A stretch of DNA of 64,000 bases from a bacterium (GCA_965204535.1 CBDBEV010000001.1:2400001-2464000), one strand, 5' to 3'. Positions 19,459 through 30,443 are shown, numbered from the stretch's first letter. Numbers and translations: made by a program. Notes: generated by a model from the letters alone, not told the origin.

Positions 19459-19899
19459 CAATTTCTCCCGGCAAATACCCCGCCACGCCGCCATCACTTC
19501 GCTCTGGAACGAGTCCATCATATAGCGCACCTACAGGGTGGCTCAACAATTTTTTTCCCGGGCGAATAAATTGCCGATTAACAGCGCCCGGCGGCAATGC
19601 TTCGGAAACGTTGATTGCGCTTCAGGTTCCCATGACGTGCGCGTCGGGCGGGAAGTTCGTTTCTCGTTTTTCCCAGCAAGTTTTTTATTCTTCTTGCTTA
19701 TGAGAACTCCGGCTAGGGGGGAGGGGAGTTGTTTTCGGGGTGCGCGGAGATGCGCCCGGGGCGGATGGACGACAGTGGGTGTGATTTCGTGGAGGCAGGC
19801 TCTGGAATCACCCCTCCGTTCGCTCAAAGTGAAAAAAGGTTTCGAAAAGGCGAAAAACGGATGCTACAATGAGGCGTTGTCACCGAAAAGGAGCGCACC

Positions 19900-21342
19900 T
19901 TGGAGAGAAGCCTGTTTGACCGGACAGAAGACGACGATAGCGGAGCGCAATCGCCACAAGTCGATCCGAGGGCGCCGCTGGCCGAGCGCATGCGCCCCCG
20001 AACGCTCGATGAGGTCCTGGGTCAGGATCACCTGATCGGACCGGGCCGCGTGTTGAGACGCGCCGTTGAGGAAGACAGCTTGCGGCCGCTCATCTTCTGG
20101 GGGCCGCCCGGCACGGGGAAGACGACGCTCGCGCGCATCATCGCCACCAAGACGAACGCGCACTTCATCACGCTGAGCGCGGTGCTCCACGGAGTGAAGG
20201 AGTTGCGCGCCGCAGTGGACGAGGCGAATCGCATGCGGCTGAGAAAGGTGCGCACGATTCTGTTCATCGACGAGATTCACCGCTTCAACAAGGCCCAGCA
20301 GGACGGCCTCCTCCCCCACGTGGAAAACGGCACGCTGACGCTCATCGGCGCTACGACGGAAAACCCCTCCTTCGAGGTCATCGCACCCCTGCTCTCCCGT
20401 GCGCGCGTGTTCGTGCTGGAGGGATTGAAAGAAGACCACATCGTGGCGCTTCTCCGCCGCGCCCTAGAGGATGCCGAGCGTGGACTCGGGGCCTTGAAAC
20501 TGGGTGCGGAGGATGACGCCCTGCGCCGCGTCGCGGTCTTGAGCAGCGGGGATGCGCGCTCGGCCTTGAACATCCTGGAAGCCGCGGCCGCTCTCGCCGG
20601 CGAGAACCGCCGTATCGACTCGAAGTTGGTCGGCGAGGCCGCCCAGCGCAAGACGCTGCTCTACGACAAGGCGGGCGAGGAGCATTACAACCTCATCTCC
20701 GCGCTTCACAAGACCTTGCGGGCTTCCGACCCCGACGCCGCCCTCTACTGGCTCGCGCGCATGCTGGAGGGGGGCGAAGACCCCATGTACATCCTGCGGC
20801 GTCTCGTGCGCTTCGCCTCGGAAGACGTCGGCATGGCGGACCCGAACGCGCTCGCCGTGGCGACCGCCGCCCAAGGGGCGTTTCACTTCATCGGGCTCCC
20901 CGAGGGGAAGCTCGCCATCGCGCAGGCGGTGGTCTATCTCGCCCAGGCCCCAAAGAGCGATGCGGTCTACCGGGGCTTCGGGGCCGCCGAGCGCGCCGTG
21001 CGCGAGCAGGACGCCGCGCCCGTCCCCCACCATTTGAGGAACGCGCCCACCGGCCTCATGCGCGATCTCGGCTACGGCGAGGGCTACAAGCACGCGCACG
21101 AGTTCGACGACGCGGTTGTGGAGATGGAGGGCATGCCCGAAGGGCTGCAGGGGACGCGGTTTTATCACCCCACTTCCCGGGGATTCGAGGCGGAGGTCCA
21201 GAAGAGGCTCGCCATGCGCGAGGAGATACTGAACGAACGCCTGGGCGAGCGCCTGAACGTGCCCGATGAACGGTCCATGGACGACCGCCGCCCCTCCGAC
21301 CCCGCCATGCCGGGAAGAAGGGCGAGAAGGAAGGATAGGTGA
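19900..21342 (+). CDS. rarA: Replication-associated recombination protein A (AAA+ ATPase)
   Basis: PLAERMRP, WGPPGTGKTT, FIDEIHRFNKAQQD, GATTENPSF, SEDVG, VPHHLRNAPT. Confidence 0.95.
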   Translation: MERSLFDRTEDDDSGAQSPQVDPRAPLAERMRPRTLDEVLGQDHLIGPGRVLRRAVEEDSLRPLIFWGPPGTGKTTLARIIATKTNAHFITLSAVLHGVKELRAAVDEANRMRLRKVRTILFIDEIHRFNKAQQDGLLPHVENGTLTLIGATTENPSFEVIAPLLSRARVFVLEGLKEDHIVALLRRALEDAERGLGALKLGAEDDALRRVAVLSSGDARSALNILEAAAALAGENRRIDSKLVGEAAQRKTLLYDKAGEEHYNLISALHKTLRASDPDAALYWLARMLEGGEDPMYILRRLVRFASEDVGMADPNALAVATAAQGAFHFIGLPEGKLAIAQAVVYLAQAPKSDAVYRGFGAAERAVREQDAAPVPHHLRNAPTGLMRDLGYGEGYKHAHEFDDAVVEMEGMPEGLQGTRFYHPTSRGFEAEVQKRLAMREEILNERLGERLNVPDERSMDDRRPSDPAMPGRRARRKDR

Positions 21343-21468
21343 GGGAGGACTATTGCATAAGCAATTCTCTAGTGAAGGCGATTTTCTTTCGTCATTCCGG
21401 CGAATGACGGCTCTTTGATCGAACTCTACCGATCAGGGAAGAATAATCTTCACTGTGGCGGCCAACTT

Positions 21469-21496
21469 GTAGGGACAGGTCGCGACCTGTCCCTAC
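21469..21496. repeat. 28-bp perfect GTAG-REP palindrome
   Basis: GTAGGGACAGGTCGCGACCTGTCCCTAC; identical copy at 63389-63416. Confidence 0.85.
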
Positions 21497-21565
21497 GATA
21501 ACAGTCTCGCATCTCCTGACTGCTGGCAAACAATATCCCACCAAGAAGGTGTGTTTCCTGAAAGA

Positions 21566-22345
21566 CTAACCCGCCGCCGAGACGGACCTCCTGGATTCGA
21601 GTGCTTCATCCATCTCTTCGATAATCGCCTTGGCCGCCCCAAACGGATTCTCGTTTTTCGTGATGGGCCTGCCCACGACGAGATAGTCCGAACCCATGCG
21701 GATGGCATCCGCCGGCGTCGTGATTCGTTTGTGATCATCCGAGGCGGCCCACGCCGGCCGGATGCCCGGACTCACGATATCGGCATTCGGGAATTTCTCG
21801 CGGCAGGCCTTGATGGCATCGCCTGAAACGATCAACCCGTCACAACCCTCTGCGAGCAGCTTCTTTCCCCGGTCGAGGATGTATTGCGTCGAATCCGCGC
21901 CTTTTATCCCTTCGCTACGCAGATCATCGTCGCTCAGACTCGAAAGAAGCGGCACCATCAGGAGTTTTGGGTGCTCCGATTCTCCGCGGGTTTCGAGCGC
22001 GGTCTGGATGGTCCTGGTCGTCATGGTGTAAGGCATGGACTCGGTGAGCGTGACGAACCTGACGTTAAGCGCCATGCAGCCCTCGATGAACCTGGCGATC
22101 GTGTTGCCGATGTCTCCCGAGAGCTTGAGATCGACGAACACCCCGCCTTCGCCTGCGCGGCGCTCCTGAAGCTCCTTGATGAATCCGAGCAGGTTCCCCA
22201 TCAGAAAGAGTTCGAGCCCGACCTTGAAGAAAGAGACGTTCTCGAGTTTTTCGACCAGCCTGAGCGCTTCCTCGTGCGCCGGTACGTCCAGCGCAACGAT
22301 GAGGCGGTCCTTGCCGCTCAGGTTCACCGTGGGTCTTTCCCCCAT
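21566..22345 (-). CDS. pyrF: Orotidine-5'-phosphate decarboxylase (divergent)
   Basis: LIVALD, FKVGLEL, DLKLSGDIGNT, VSPGIRP, VVGRPIT. Confidence 0.8.
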   Translation of the reverse strand: MGERPTVNLSGKDRLIVALDVPAHEEALRLVEKLENVSFFKVGLELFLMGNLLGFIKELQERRAGEGGVFVDLKLSGDIGNTIARFIEGCMALNVRFVTLTESMPYTMTTRTIQTALETRGESEHPKLLMVPLLSSLSDDDLRSEGIKGADSTQYILDRGKKLLAEGCDGLIVSGDAIKACREKFPNADIVSPGIRPAWAASDDHKRITTPADAIRMGSDYLVVGRPITKNENPFGAAKAIIEEMDEALESRRSVSAAG

Positions 22346-22507
22346 CGCGCCCCTCCTGTTTTCTCAAGCAAGTGATTTCGTTGATTTTTGGGCGAAATCG
22401 CAGAGTTCTTATCGTACATTTTCTGTGGGAAATCAAACGCGCATCCCCGTGCTGCGGAAGGCGGGGAGGCCCTCGCTGGGGGTTGCCCCGACAGCGGGAT
22501 TCCCTGA

Positions 22508-22969
<462 letters not shown>

Positions 22970-23055
22970 TAAATCGCCCTGCCGGATTCCTCGCCAGAGG
23001 GGGTTGTCGAAAAGAATTTCTCAACGAGTGAGTAACCCCCCAACCCCCCTTGTCA

Positions 23056-23250
23056 GGGGCTGTTGAAAAAGCCGTCCTTAGTCGGAATTGACCACCACCG
23101 TCATTTCGGCTTTCGCCGGGATGACGAACAAGACCGCACCCTCTCACCCTGAGTAGCGGCGAAGCCGCGTATCGAAGGGCGCATGTCCGTCCCTCGATAC
23201 GGCGCGCAAGCGCGCCTGCTCGGGATGAAGATGGTTTTTTCAACAACCCC
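23056..23250. mobile_element. MITE-like element with 18-bp terminal inverted repeats
   Basis: GGGGCTGTTGAAAAAGCC ... GGTTTTTTCAACAACCCC (2 mismatches); interior is palindromic repeats; no transposase. Confidence 0.6.
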
Positions 23251-24120
23251 CTAGCGAAACAGTTCGATCTCGGCTTCCGCCTCTCCATGGTAGACGGCCT
23301 TTGCCTTGAGCAGATCGTCGAGCACCAGCTTTTTGTCGCGTGGGTTTCTTAGCAGATACGCAGGGTGATACGTCGAGAGGCAGGGGACTCCCTGGTAGCG
23401 CCCGAATTTGCCCCGCAGTCTGCCGATCGGCGTCTTCGTCTGGAGCAGCCATTGCGCGGCGAATTTACCCAAAGCCAGAATGAGCTTGGGCTGGATGACG
23501 GCGAGTTGCTTGTGGAGATATGGCTCGCAGCAGTCGATCTCGTCCGGCTCCGGGTTGCGGTTGCCTGGCGGTCGGCACTTCAGGATGTTACAGATGTAGA
23601 CCTCCTGGCGCGGGACTTCGATGACGTTTTCGATCATCCTGGTCAGCATCTGGCCCGCCCGTCCCACGAAGGGAATCCCCTCCGCGTCTTCGTTCGCTCC
23701 GGGCGCTTCGCCGACGATGACGAGGTTCGCCGCCGGGTTCCCCACCCCGAACACGAGGTTCGTCCGGCCCGCTCCGAGCTTACACCGCAAACAGCCGTCC
23801 ACGGCGGTCTGGAGTTGGTCGAGCGACATCTCCGCTTCGGGGTCGAAGGGAAGCGGCGGCGGCTCGGGGCCGGGGTCTCTGCGCTTCGCCATGGGGGCCA
23901 GTGTGGGTGCTGGCGTCGGCGCCGCCTGGGGAATCAGGGCCTGTTGCTCGGGATTGGACGCGGCTGCGGGTTCGGGTGTCCGTGCGGGCGGGGCCGCCAC
24001 CGGATGCGCCGTCTCGGGAAGCGTCTCCTGCGGAGTTCCCAGAGTCACGTAACCGATACCTGCGGCTCGCTGGTTTTGCAGATGCACCAGTAATTCTCTG
24101 GCGAACTCAGAACGATTCAT
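23251..24120 (-). CDS. Uracil-DNA glycosylase family 4
   Basis: CLRC Fe-S ligands, GEAPG, PFVGRAG, KCRPPGNR, TYHPAYLLR; Pro/Ala-rich N-terminal linker. Confidence 0.92.
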   Translation of the reverse strand: MNRSEFARELLVHLQNQRAAGIGYVTLGTPQETLPETAHPVAAPPARTPEPAAASNPEQQALIPQAAPTPAPTLAPMAKRRDPGPEPPPLPFDPEAEMSLDQLQTAVDGCLRCKLGAGRTNLVFGVGNPAANLVIVGEAPGANEDAEGIPFVGRAGQMLTRMIENVIEVPRQEVYICNILKCRPPGNRNPEPDEIDCCEPYLHKQLAVIQPKLILALGKFAAQWLLQTKTPIGRLRGKFGRYQGVPCLSTYHPAYLLRNPRDKKLVLDDLLKAKAVYHGEAEAEIELFR

Positions 24121-24153
24121 CGTCTCGACCGGCGGGCGCTTCGGAAATAGGAT

Positions 24154-25392
24154 TCAGGTGCTGATATTTTGCCATATTTTGGCGAGTCGGTCGAGAATGC
24201 GCCCCGCCAGAACCGCCTTTTCGAGGACGGGGAGCACTTCTGTCACGTTTGAGTCGATGATCCAGGCGCGCGAGGCGTCAGCACCCATCGCGTCCTCGTC
24301 GCCCGAGACCCTGTTCGCCACGATGAGGTCCAGCCTTTTTCGCGCGAGCTTCTCCTTCGCGCGATCGACCACATCATCAGTCTCGGCCGCGAAGCCGACG
24401 AGGATTCTGTCTCCCTTTTCGCTTGAGAGCTCGGCGAGTATGTCCGTCGTTCGTTCGAGTTCCACCACGAGGGGAGCGTCGCCTTTTTTGCGCTTCCGGG
24501 CTGATGGGTCGACCGGGCGGTAGTCCGCCACGGCGGCGGCCATGACGAGGGTGTGCGCGTCCGCCCATTCGCTCTTCACCGCCTCGTACATCTCGGCGGC
24601 GGACTCCACGCGGACGACGCGCACTCCCGGCGGGTCGGCGAGGGCGGCGGGGCCGCTCACGAGAACGACTTCTGCGCCGCGCCTTGCGGCCTCTCCCGCG
24701 ATAGCGAAGCCCATCTTGCCGCTCGATCGGTTCGAGAGATAACGCACGGCGTCCCACTTCTCCCGCGTGGGTCCTGCGGTGACCACGAGCTTCATGCCCG
24801 AAAGATCGGGATCAGGCAGCAGAATCTTGCGCGCGGCGAGAAGAATATCTTGTGGCTCGGGCATGCGCCCTCGGCCGGTTCCCTCCTCGGCGCGGGCCAT
24901 GCGCCCCACGCCCGGCGCCATGACGACGTGGCCCCTCTCGCGCAGGGCGGCGACGTTCTCCTGAACGGCGGGCGAAGCCCACATGCGCGGATTCATCGCG
25001 GGGGCGACGAGGGCGGGCGGCCTGGCGGAGAGCAAGAGCGTGGAGAGAAAATCATCCCCCACGCCTTGTGCGAATTTCCCGATGATGTTCGCCGTGGCCG
25101 GCGCGATGACGATGAGGTCTGCACTCTCCGTCAGGGAGATGTGCGGCATGTCACCCGTGAATCCGCCCCCCTCGATGGGGAACATTTTTTGGATGGGCGT
25201 CACCCCCGTGAGCACCTCGAAGGGCAGCGGCTGCACGAACGAGGCGGCGCTCTCTGTCAGGATCGTCTGCACGTCGGCGCCGTCCAGGACGAGCAGGCGC
25301 GCCAGGTCTATCGATTTATACGAGGCGATGCCGCCGGACACGCCGAGGGCGGTTTTTTTGCCGGAAAGGGGGGCCGGGGCATTTTCGCTCAC
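24154..25392 (-). CDS. coaBC: Phosphopantothenoylcysteine decarboxylase/ligase
   Basis: GGIASYK, APATAN, PAMN, TAGPTRE, SNRSSGKMG, AAVADY, GFAAET. Confidence 0.95.
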   Translation of the reverse strand: MSENAPAPLSGKKTALGVSGGIASYKSIDLARLLVLDGADVQTILTESAASFVQPLPFEVLTGVTPIQKMFPIEGGGFTGDMPHISLTESADLIVIAPATANIIGKFAQGVGDDFLSTLLLSARPPALVAPAMNPRMWASPAVQENVAALRERGHVVMAPGVGRMARAEEGTGRGRMPEPQDILLAARKILLPDPDLSGMKLVVTAGPTREKWDAVRYLSNRSSGKMGFAIAGEAARRGAEVVLVSGPAALADPPGVRVVRVESAAEMYEAVKSEWADAHTLVMAAAVADYRPVDPSARKRKKGDAPLVVELERTTDILAELSSEKGDRILVGFAAETDDVVDRAKEKLARKRLDLIVANRVSGDEDAMGADASRAWIIDSNVTEVLPVLEKAVLAGRILDRLAKIWQNIST

Positions 25393-25970
25393 GGGGAATC
25401 GACCTCCCCGCGATGCAAAAGGATTATTTTTTTGAGTTCGCAGAATGCGGCGTCCAGGTCGTCGTTGATGATGACGTGATCGTACCGGTGGCTTTGCGCC
25501 ATCTCTTCTTCGGCTCTCGAGAGCCGGAACTCGACGTCCTCCCCGGTTTCAGACGCCCGATGCGCGAGGCGTTTGGCCAACTCGTCCAGCGAGGGCGGCA
25601 TGACGAATATGAGGCTCGCTTCGGCTCGCTTTTGCTTGACCTGCAGGGCGCCCTGGACGTCGAGGTCCATGATCACGTCATCTCCCCCGGCCAGATGCGT
25701 GTCGACCGCCTCTGCGGGCGTTCCGTAGCATTCCTCGAAAACCCGCGCCCATTCGAGAAGTTCATTTCCGGCGATCATCTCCTCGAACCGCGTCTGTTCC
25801 ATGAAGTAATAATGAACCCCGTCCTGTTCATAGTCGCGTCTTGGCCGCGTGGTCGCGCTAATCGAGTGCCAGATGTCGGGAAGTTCCCGGCAGGAGCGGT
25901 CGATGAGCGTGGATTTGCCCGCCCCCGAGGGTGCTGAGAGAACGAAGAGGTGGCCCCGGCTCTGCATCAT
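25389..25970 (-). CDS. gmk: Guanylate kinase
   Basis: SAPSGAGKS, SATTRPRR, YGT, DVQGA. Confidence 0.95.
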   Translation of the reverse strand: MMQSRGHLFVLSAPSGAGKSTLIDRSCRELPDIWHSISATTRPRRDYEQDGVHYYFMEQTRFEEMIAGNELLEWARVFEECYGTPAEAVDTHLAGGDDVIMDLDVQGALQVKQKRAEASLIFVMPPSLDELAKRLAHRASETGEDVEFRLSRAEEEMAQSHRYDHVIINDDLDAAFCELKKIILLHRGEVDSP

Positions 25971-26839
25971 TCCACGTTCTGCACTTGTTCCCGGATTTTC
26001 TCAATGGCGCTCTTCACCTCGACCGCGCTCTGGGTGAGGGTCAGGTCGATGGATTTGGACGAAATCGTGTTGGCCTCGCGGTTCATCTCCTGGGTGAGGA
26101 AATCGAGTTTACGGCCGATGGGGCCTTCGCTCTCGAGCATCTCGCGAAACTGGACGACGTGGCTGTCGAGACGGCTGAGTTCCTCGCTGATGTCGCCGCG
26201 TTCGGCGGCGTAGATCATCTCCTGCTCGAGCCTCCCCTCGTCCACCTCGACGCTGTCGGCGATTTCGAGAATCCGCTCGCGCATCCGCTCGGTGAGGAGC
26301 CTGCGCGCCTCGGGCAAGCGTTCGCGTATATCGCCGCATCGCTCCTTCACCGTGGCGAGGTGTTCGCGGATGTCTTTGGCGAGCGCATCCCCTTCTTTTG
26401 CGCGCATCTCTCCCAAGGCGCCCAGCGCATTGCCGAGGGATTCCATTAGGACGGCGCGGAGGTCGTCCTTGTCGGGTTCGGACTTCGCTGTTTTGAGTAG
26501 GTCGCGGAAGCCTGTGAGTATCGAAAGGTCGACTTCGCCCGCGATTCCCAGTTCATCTTGCAGGGATTTCAGGGTGGAGAGCAGAGATTTCGCGGCTTCA
26601 GTGTCGATGGGCGACGCGTGGTTCCTCACCTCGCCCCAGCGGATATAGATGTCGAAACGCCCGCGGGAGAAGCGTTTTTTCACCGCATCGCGCACCTCGG
26701 CCTCCAGAGCCAGCGACCAGCGCGGCCCCCGGCAGGAGACCTCCAGATAGCGGTGGTTCACCGAGCGCGCCTCCACGCTCACCGAAGCCTCGCCCAGCGG
26801 TCTCTCTCCCGCGCCGTAACCCGTCATGCTGTCTATCAT
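25967..26839 (-). CDS. yicC: YicC/YloC-family endoribonuclease
   Basis: SMTGYG, RSVNHRYL, DISEELSRL, GRKLDFLTQEMNREANTI, REQVQNVE. Confidence 0.93.
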   Translation of the reverse strand: MIDSMTGYGAGERPLGEASVSVEARSVNHRYLEVSCRGPRWSLALEAEVRDAVKKRFSRGRFDIYIRWGEVRNHASPIDTEAAKSLLSTLKSLQDELGIAGEVDLSILTGFRDLLKTAKSEPDKDDLRAVLMESLGNALGALGEMRAKEGDALAKDIREHLATVKERCGDIRERLPEARRLLTERMRERILEIADSVEVDEGRLEQEMIYAAERGDISEELSRLDSHVVQFREMLESEGPIGRKLDFLTQEMNREANTISSKSIDLTLTQSAVEVKSAIEKIREQVQNVE

Positions 26840-26954
26840 GCTCCGCCCCGTGATGAGTCATTAACAGCCCACTGGAAAGAGTCTACAATAATTTTTCGCA
26901 CAGGGCGTGTCAATTTATGCGCTTGGCGAAGATGTTTCCGGTTTGGGGTGATTC

Positions 26955-28715
26955 ATGGACACTTTCGTGCTTCAGGCGATTGCGGCGGAATTGAGCGAGA
27001 ATCTTCTCGGTGCGCGCTTGGAGAGAATCTCTCAGACCGACGCGCATACGATCGTGCTTTTTCTCTCGGGCGCGGGAAGAGAAAAAAGCGCCCTCTTGAT
27101 AAGCACGAACCCCACTCACCCGCGTGTTCACCTGACGGCAGACCCTCCCAAGGGTCTGCCCGAGGCGCCCACGTTTTGCCGCGCGCTCAGAAAGCACCTG
27201 AGCGGCCTTCGCCTCACACGCGCGGCGGCGGGAGAGTGGGAGCGCGTGCTCCAGTTCTCCTTCGAGCGGGGGGGCGGCAGCGGCGACTCCTTCGCACTCA
27301 TGGCGGAGGTGATGGGACGGTGGAGCAATCTCGTTCTCCTGAGCGGCGCGACGGGGGAAATACTGGAAGCCAAGAGATTCGTTTCGCCCGGCCCGCACAC
27401 GCCGCGTCCTCTGGAGAGAGGGGGCCGGTATCAGCTGCCGCCAGAACAGAAAAAGGCCAACCCCGCCGACCTCACCAAAGAGATTCTTCTGGAGATGATT
27501 CATGGGGCGAATCTTGACTCCGCCGATCCGAAGGAGTTCGCGCGGTGGCTGGTACGCTCGGTCGCGGGCGTTAGTCCGGCCCTGGCGCGTGATCTGGCTC
27601 TTTGCTCAAGCACCTATGAGGGTTGGATGGGTGCTGTGGATACGCTGATGAGCGTCATCGAGAGCTACCGGAAAAAAGAATTCGCTCCCGCATGGGTTCT
27701 GGGAGCGGACGGCAACCCCGTTGGCCTGAGTGCGGCGCGAATCGGGGGCAGCAATGCGGCCACATACCGATTGTTCGGCTCCATGAACGAGGCGGCGGAT
27801 GCGTTTTACGGAAGCCTCGTCAATGACGACCGGCTTGATGAGCAGAAAAAGAGAGTCTCGAAGACCCTCCGCCGCGCGGGAGATCGGGTGCGCGCCTCCA
27901 TCGAGGCGGTGCGGAGGGATCTGGCTTCCGCCGAGGAGGCGGACGCGGTGTTGAGGAAAGGCGAGCTTCTACTCGCGCATCTGGACGAGGTGGAGGAGAA
28001 GGCGAGTGCCATTACAGTGGAGGATGGACCTGTCAAAATCACGCTCGACCCCAGGCTCACGCCTTCTGAGAACGCGCAGAAGTATTTTCGCCGTTACAAG
28101 AAGCTCAAGCGCCGCGCCTCGACCGCTCTGGCGCGTCTCCAGGAGATGGAAGAAGAGGAGAGATTCATCGCCACGCTGGCCTTCGACTTGGAATCGGCGG
28201 ATGAGGTCGGAGACGTCTTGAGCGTGGAAGAAGCGCTGGCGCAGACGGGCTATGCCGGGCGTGGGCGAGAGAAAAAGGCAAAAGACGCGCGCCCGAAGGG
28301 CAGGCTAGCCGCGCACGCCATGCCCTACAGGCGGTTCGTCTCCCCTGGGGGCTGGGAGGTGGTCGTCGGCAAGAACGCCATGGGCAACGACGAGATGCTG
28401 AGAAGTGTGGGCCGGGCGAGCGATACGTGGCTTCACGCGCGCGGGGTTCCGGGCAGCCACGTTCTCCTGCGTCGCACGGATGGGCAGCCTGCAAAGCCGG
28501 ATTCGGAAACGCTCGCGCAGGCGGCGGCGTTCGCGGCCTATTTCAGCCGGGGCCGGACGGACTCCAAGCTATCGGTCACCTATCTCCCGTTTTCGCGCCT
28601 GAGAAAACCCAAGGGGCGGCGTCCCGGGCAGGTGCTGATCGGCGCGCACGAGACGATCCTCGTCGACCCGGATATGGGGCGTCGCCTGTGCGAAGAATGG
28701 GAGGAGATCGGCTGA
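26955..28715 (+). CDS. rqcH: NFACT/RqcH ribosome quality-control protein (FbpA-like)
   Basis: LRKHL, EVMGRWSN, ENAQKYFRRYKKLK, VGKNAMGND, WLHARGVPGSHV. Confidence 0.88.
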   Translation: MDTFVLQAIAAELSENLLGARLERISQTDAHTIVLFLSGAGREKSALLISTNPTHPRVHLTADPPKGLPEAPTFCRALRKHLSGLRLTRAAAGEWERVLQFSFERGGGSGDSFALMAEVMGRWSNLVLLSGATGEILEAKRFVSPGPHTPRPLERGGRYQLPPEQKKANPADLTKEILLEMIHGANLDSADPKEFARWLVRSVAGVSPALARDLALCSSTYEGWMGAVDTLMSVIESYRKKEFAPAWVLGADGNPVGLSAARIGGSNAATYRLFGSMNEAADAFYGSLVNDDRLDEQKKRVSKTLRRAGDRVRASIEAVRRDLASAEEADAVLRKGELLLAHLDEVEEKASAITVEDGPVKITLDPRLTPSENAQKYFRRYKKLKRRASTALARLQEMEEEERFIATLAFDLESADEVGDVLSVEEALAQTGYAGRGREKKAKDARPKGRLAAHAMPYRRFVSPGGWEVVVGKNAMGNDEMLRSVGRASDTWLHARGVPGSHVLLRRTDGQPAKPDSETLAQAAAFAAYFSRGRTDSKLSVTYLPFSRLRKPKGRRPGQVLIGAHETILVDPDMGRRLCEEWEEIG

Positions 28716-28743
28716 GGAAGGTTATCGAATGTTTTTCTGGCCT

Positions 28744-28851
28744 GTAGGGGTGGTTCACGAGCCGCCCCTACGCAGGGCACAATGTCTTAGATGTAGGGCA
28801 ACCCCCCTGTGCTTGTCCCTTGTCAGGACAGCCACGGGGGCCTGTCCCTAC
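28744..28851. repeat. GTAG-REP cluster between convergent genes
   Basis: GTAGGGGTGGTTCACGAGCCGCCCCTAC; GTAGGGCAACC..; ..GCCTGTCCCTAC overlapping the stop codon of the next CDS. Confidence 0.7.
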
Positions 28852-29267
28852 GCCCCCTCCAGAATCCTCTTCAGATTCGCCAACTCGCGTATGTTCCTGA
28901 GCGTGCCATCGCGGTGTTTGGCTTGGTTCTCGTATTCATCGCACTCCACCGTGTGGAGCACGTGCGTGTAGGGGCCTTCTTCCTCGAAGTAGTAGCTGAT
29001 GATCATGACGGGTGTTTTTGAGTCTTCCTCGAAGTTGTGCCAGACGATCTGTTTATACGGCTTCCATACCATCATCTCCGAGATGTGCTCGGCCCCGTTC
29101 GTGTAGACTTGGTAGAATCGGGTGCCCACCCCGCTCTTTTTTTCGGAAATGATTTTCACGCTCTGGCTGAAATCCGCGATTTGCGGATGCGTTTCCACGT
29201 GGCCGATGAAGTTGAACACCTCTTGGGCCTGTGCGCGTATTTTTTCGATGACAGCCACGGGAGGCAT
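28848..29267 (-). CDS. SRPBCC (polyketide cyclase/dehydrase-like) protein
   Basis: I-x-A-x-x-x-EVF start, GVGTRF, C-terminal LANLKRILE helix. Confidence 0.7.
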   Translation of the reverse strand: MPPVAVIEKIRAQAQEVFNFIGHVETHPQIADFSQSVKIISEKKSGVGTRFYQVYTNGAEHISEMMVWKPYKQIVWHNFEEDSKTPVMIISYYFEEEGPYTHVLHTVECDEYENQAKHRDGTLRNIRELANLKRILEGA

Positions 29268-29279
29268 GAGTGTTCTCCT

Positions 29280-30443
29280 CTATAGAAATTTCGCCAGGAC
29301 CTGATTGGCCAGAAGGGTTCCCTTATCCGATAGACGAAGCCGGCCGTTCGCCCTCGCTATGAGACCTGCGTTTTCCAGTTCGCAGAACAGTTCCCCGAAA
29401 GACTCTTCGGGGTCTGCGCCGTATTCTCGCTTAATGTGCGCGAGTGAGACGCCCTCTTTCACTCGCAGGCCGAGCATCAGAGCCTCACCGATTGCTTTTT
29501 GCGGCTCATCCACGTGTTCGGAACCTGCGGTGGGGTCGCTTGCGCTGCGCGCATATACGTCGGGTCTGGCATGGTTCCAGAAGCGTTCCCCCTCGATGAG
29601 GGAATGTGCGCCTGCGCCCAGGCCCAGGTAATCCCCCCGCCGCCAGTAGTTGAGGTTGTGCCTGCACGCGAAACCGGGCCTTGCGAAATTGCTGATCTCG
29701 TAACGCTCGTAGCCGGCCTCGGCGAGAGCCGCATCCCTGAGCTCCCACATGCGAAGCGCCGTCTCCTCATCGGGTAGGCCGTTCAATTCTCCCCGCGCCC
29801 GGCGTGCGTGAAACGCCGTGCCCGGCTCGATGGTCAGCTCATAGGCGGAGAGATGCTCCGGCCCCAGATCGAGGGCGCGCTCGATGTCGCGCCTGGCCAT
29901 GTCTATCGTCTGATACGGAATACCGAACATGAGATCGAGCGAGACGTTGGCGAAACCCGCCTCGCGCGCGGAGCGAAACGCTTCTTGCGCGTCACCCCCT
30001 GTGTGCACGCGGTCGAGCCTTTTCAGCGCCGCATCGTCGAACGTCTGCACGCCGATGCTGATCCGGTTGACACCCGCCTCGCGCAGCGCGCCGAAGCGCT
30101 CGGCCTCCGCCGCCCCGGGGTTCGCCTCCAAGGTGATCTCGCAATCTGAATCTAAATCGAACGTCGCGGTAACGAGGCCCAGAATCCGCCTTGTTTCTTC
30201 CGCCGGGAACAGCGAGGGCGTGCCCCCGCCGAAAAATATCGTGTCGACCTGCCGGTCTTTCAGCGGGAACTGCGCTGCCCTGGTTTCGATTTCCTCGGTC
30301 AGCGCATCGGCGTAGCGGCGCGCCCAGCCCCCGGTGGCATGGCCTTTTTCCAGGAGGGTATCCAGGGCGTAGGAGTTGAAATCGCAATAGCCGCACTTGG
30401 CGATGCAGAAGGGAATATGGACGTAGAGCGATAGCGGTTTCAT
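29280..30443 (-). CDS. hemW: Radical SAM heme chaperone
   Basis: LYVHIPFCIAKCGYCDF, GGGTPS, YEISN, HNLNYW. Confidence 0.92.
   Translation of the reverse strand: MKPLSLYVHIPFCIAKCGYCDFNSYALDTLLEKGHATGGWARRYADALTEEIETRAAQFPLKDRQVDTIFFGGGTPSLFPAEETRRILGLVTATFDLDSDCEITLEANPGAAEAERFGALREAGVNRISIGVQTFDDAALKRLDRVHTGGDAQEAFRSAREAGFANVSLDLMFGIPYQTIDMARRDIERALDLGPEHLSAYELTIEPGTAFHARRARGELNGLPDEETALRMWELRDAALAEAGYERYEISNFARPGFACRHNLNYWRRGDYLGLGAGAHSLIEGERFWNHARPDVYARSASDPTAGSEHVDEPQKAIGEALMLGLRVKEGVSLAHIKREYGADPEESFGELFCELENAGLIARANGRLRLSDKGTLLANQVLAKFL

Noticed and set aside
9112-19569. Many plus-strand ORFs of 100-460 aa within the PKS
   Set aside because: Antisense or alternative-frame artefacts with no recognisable motifs.
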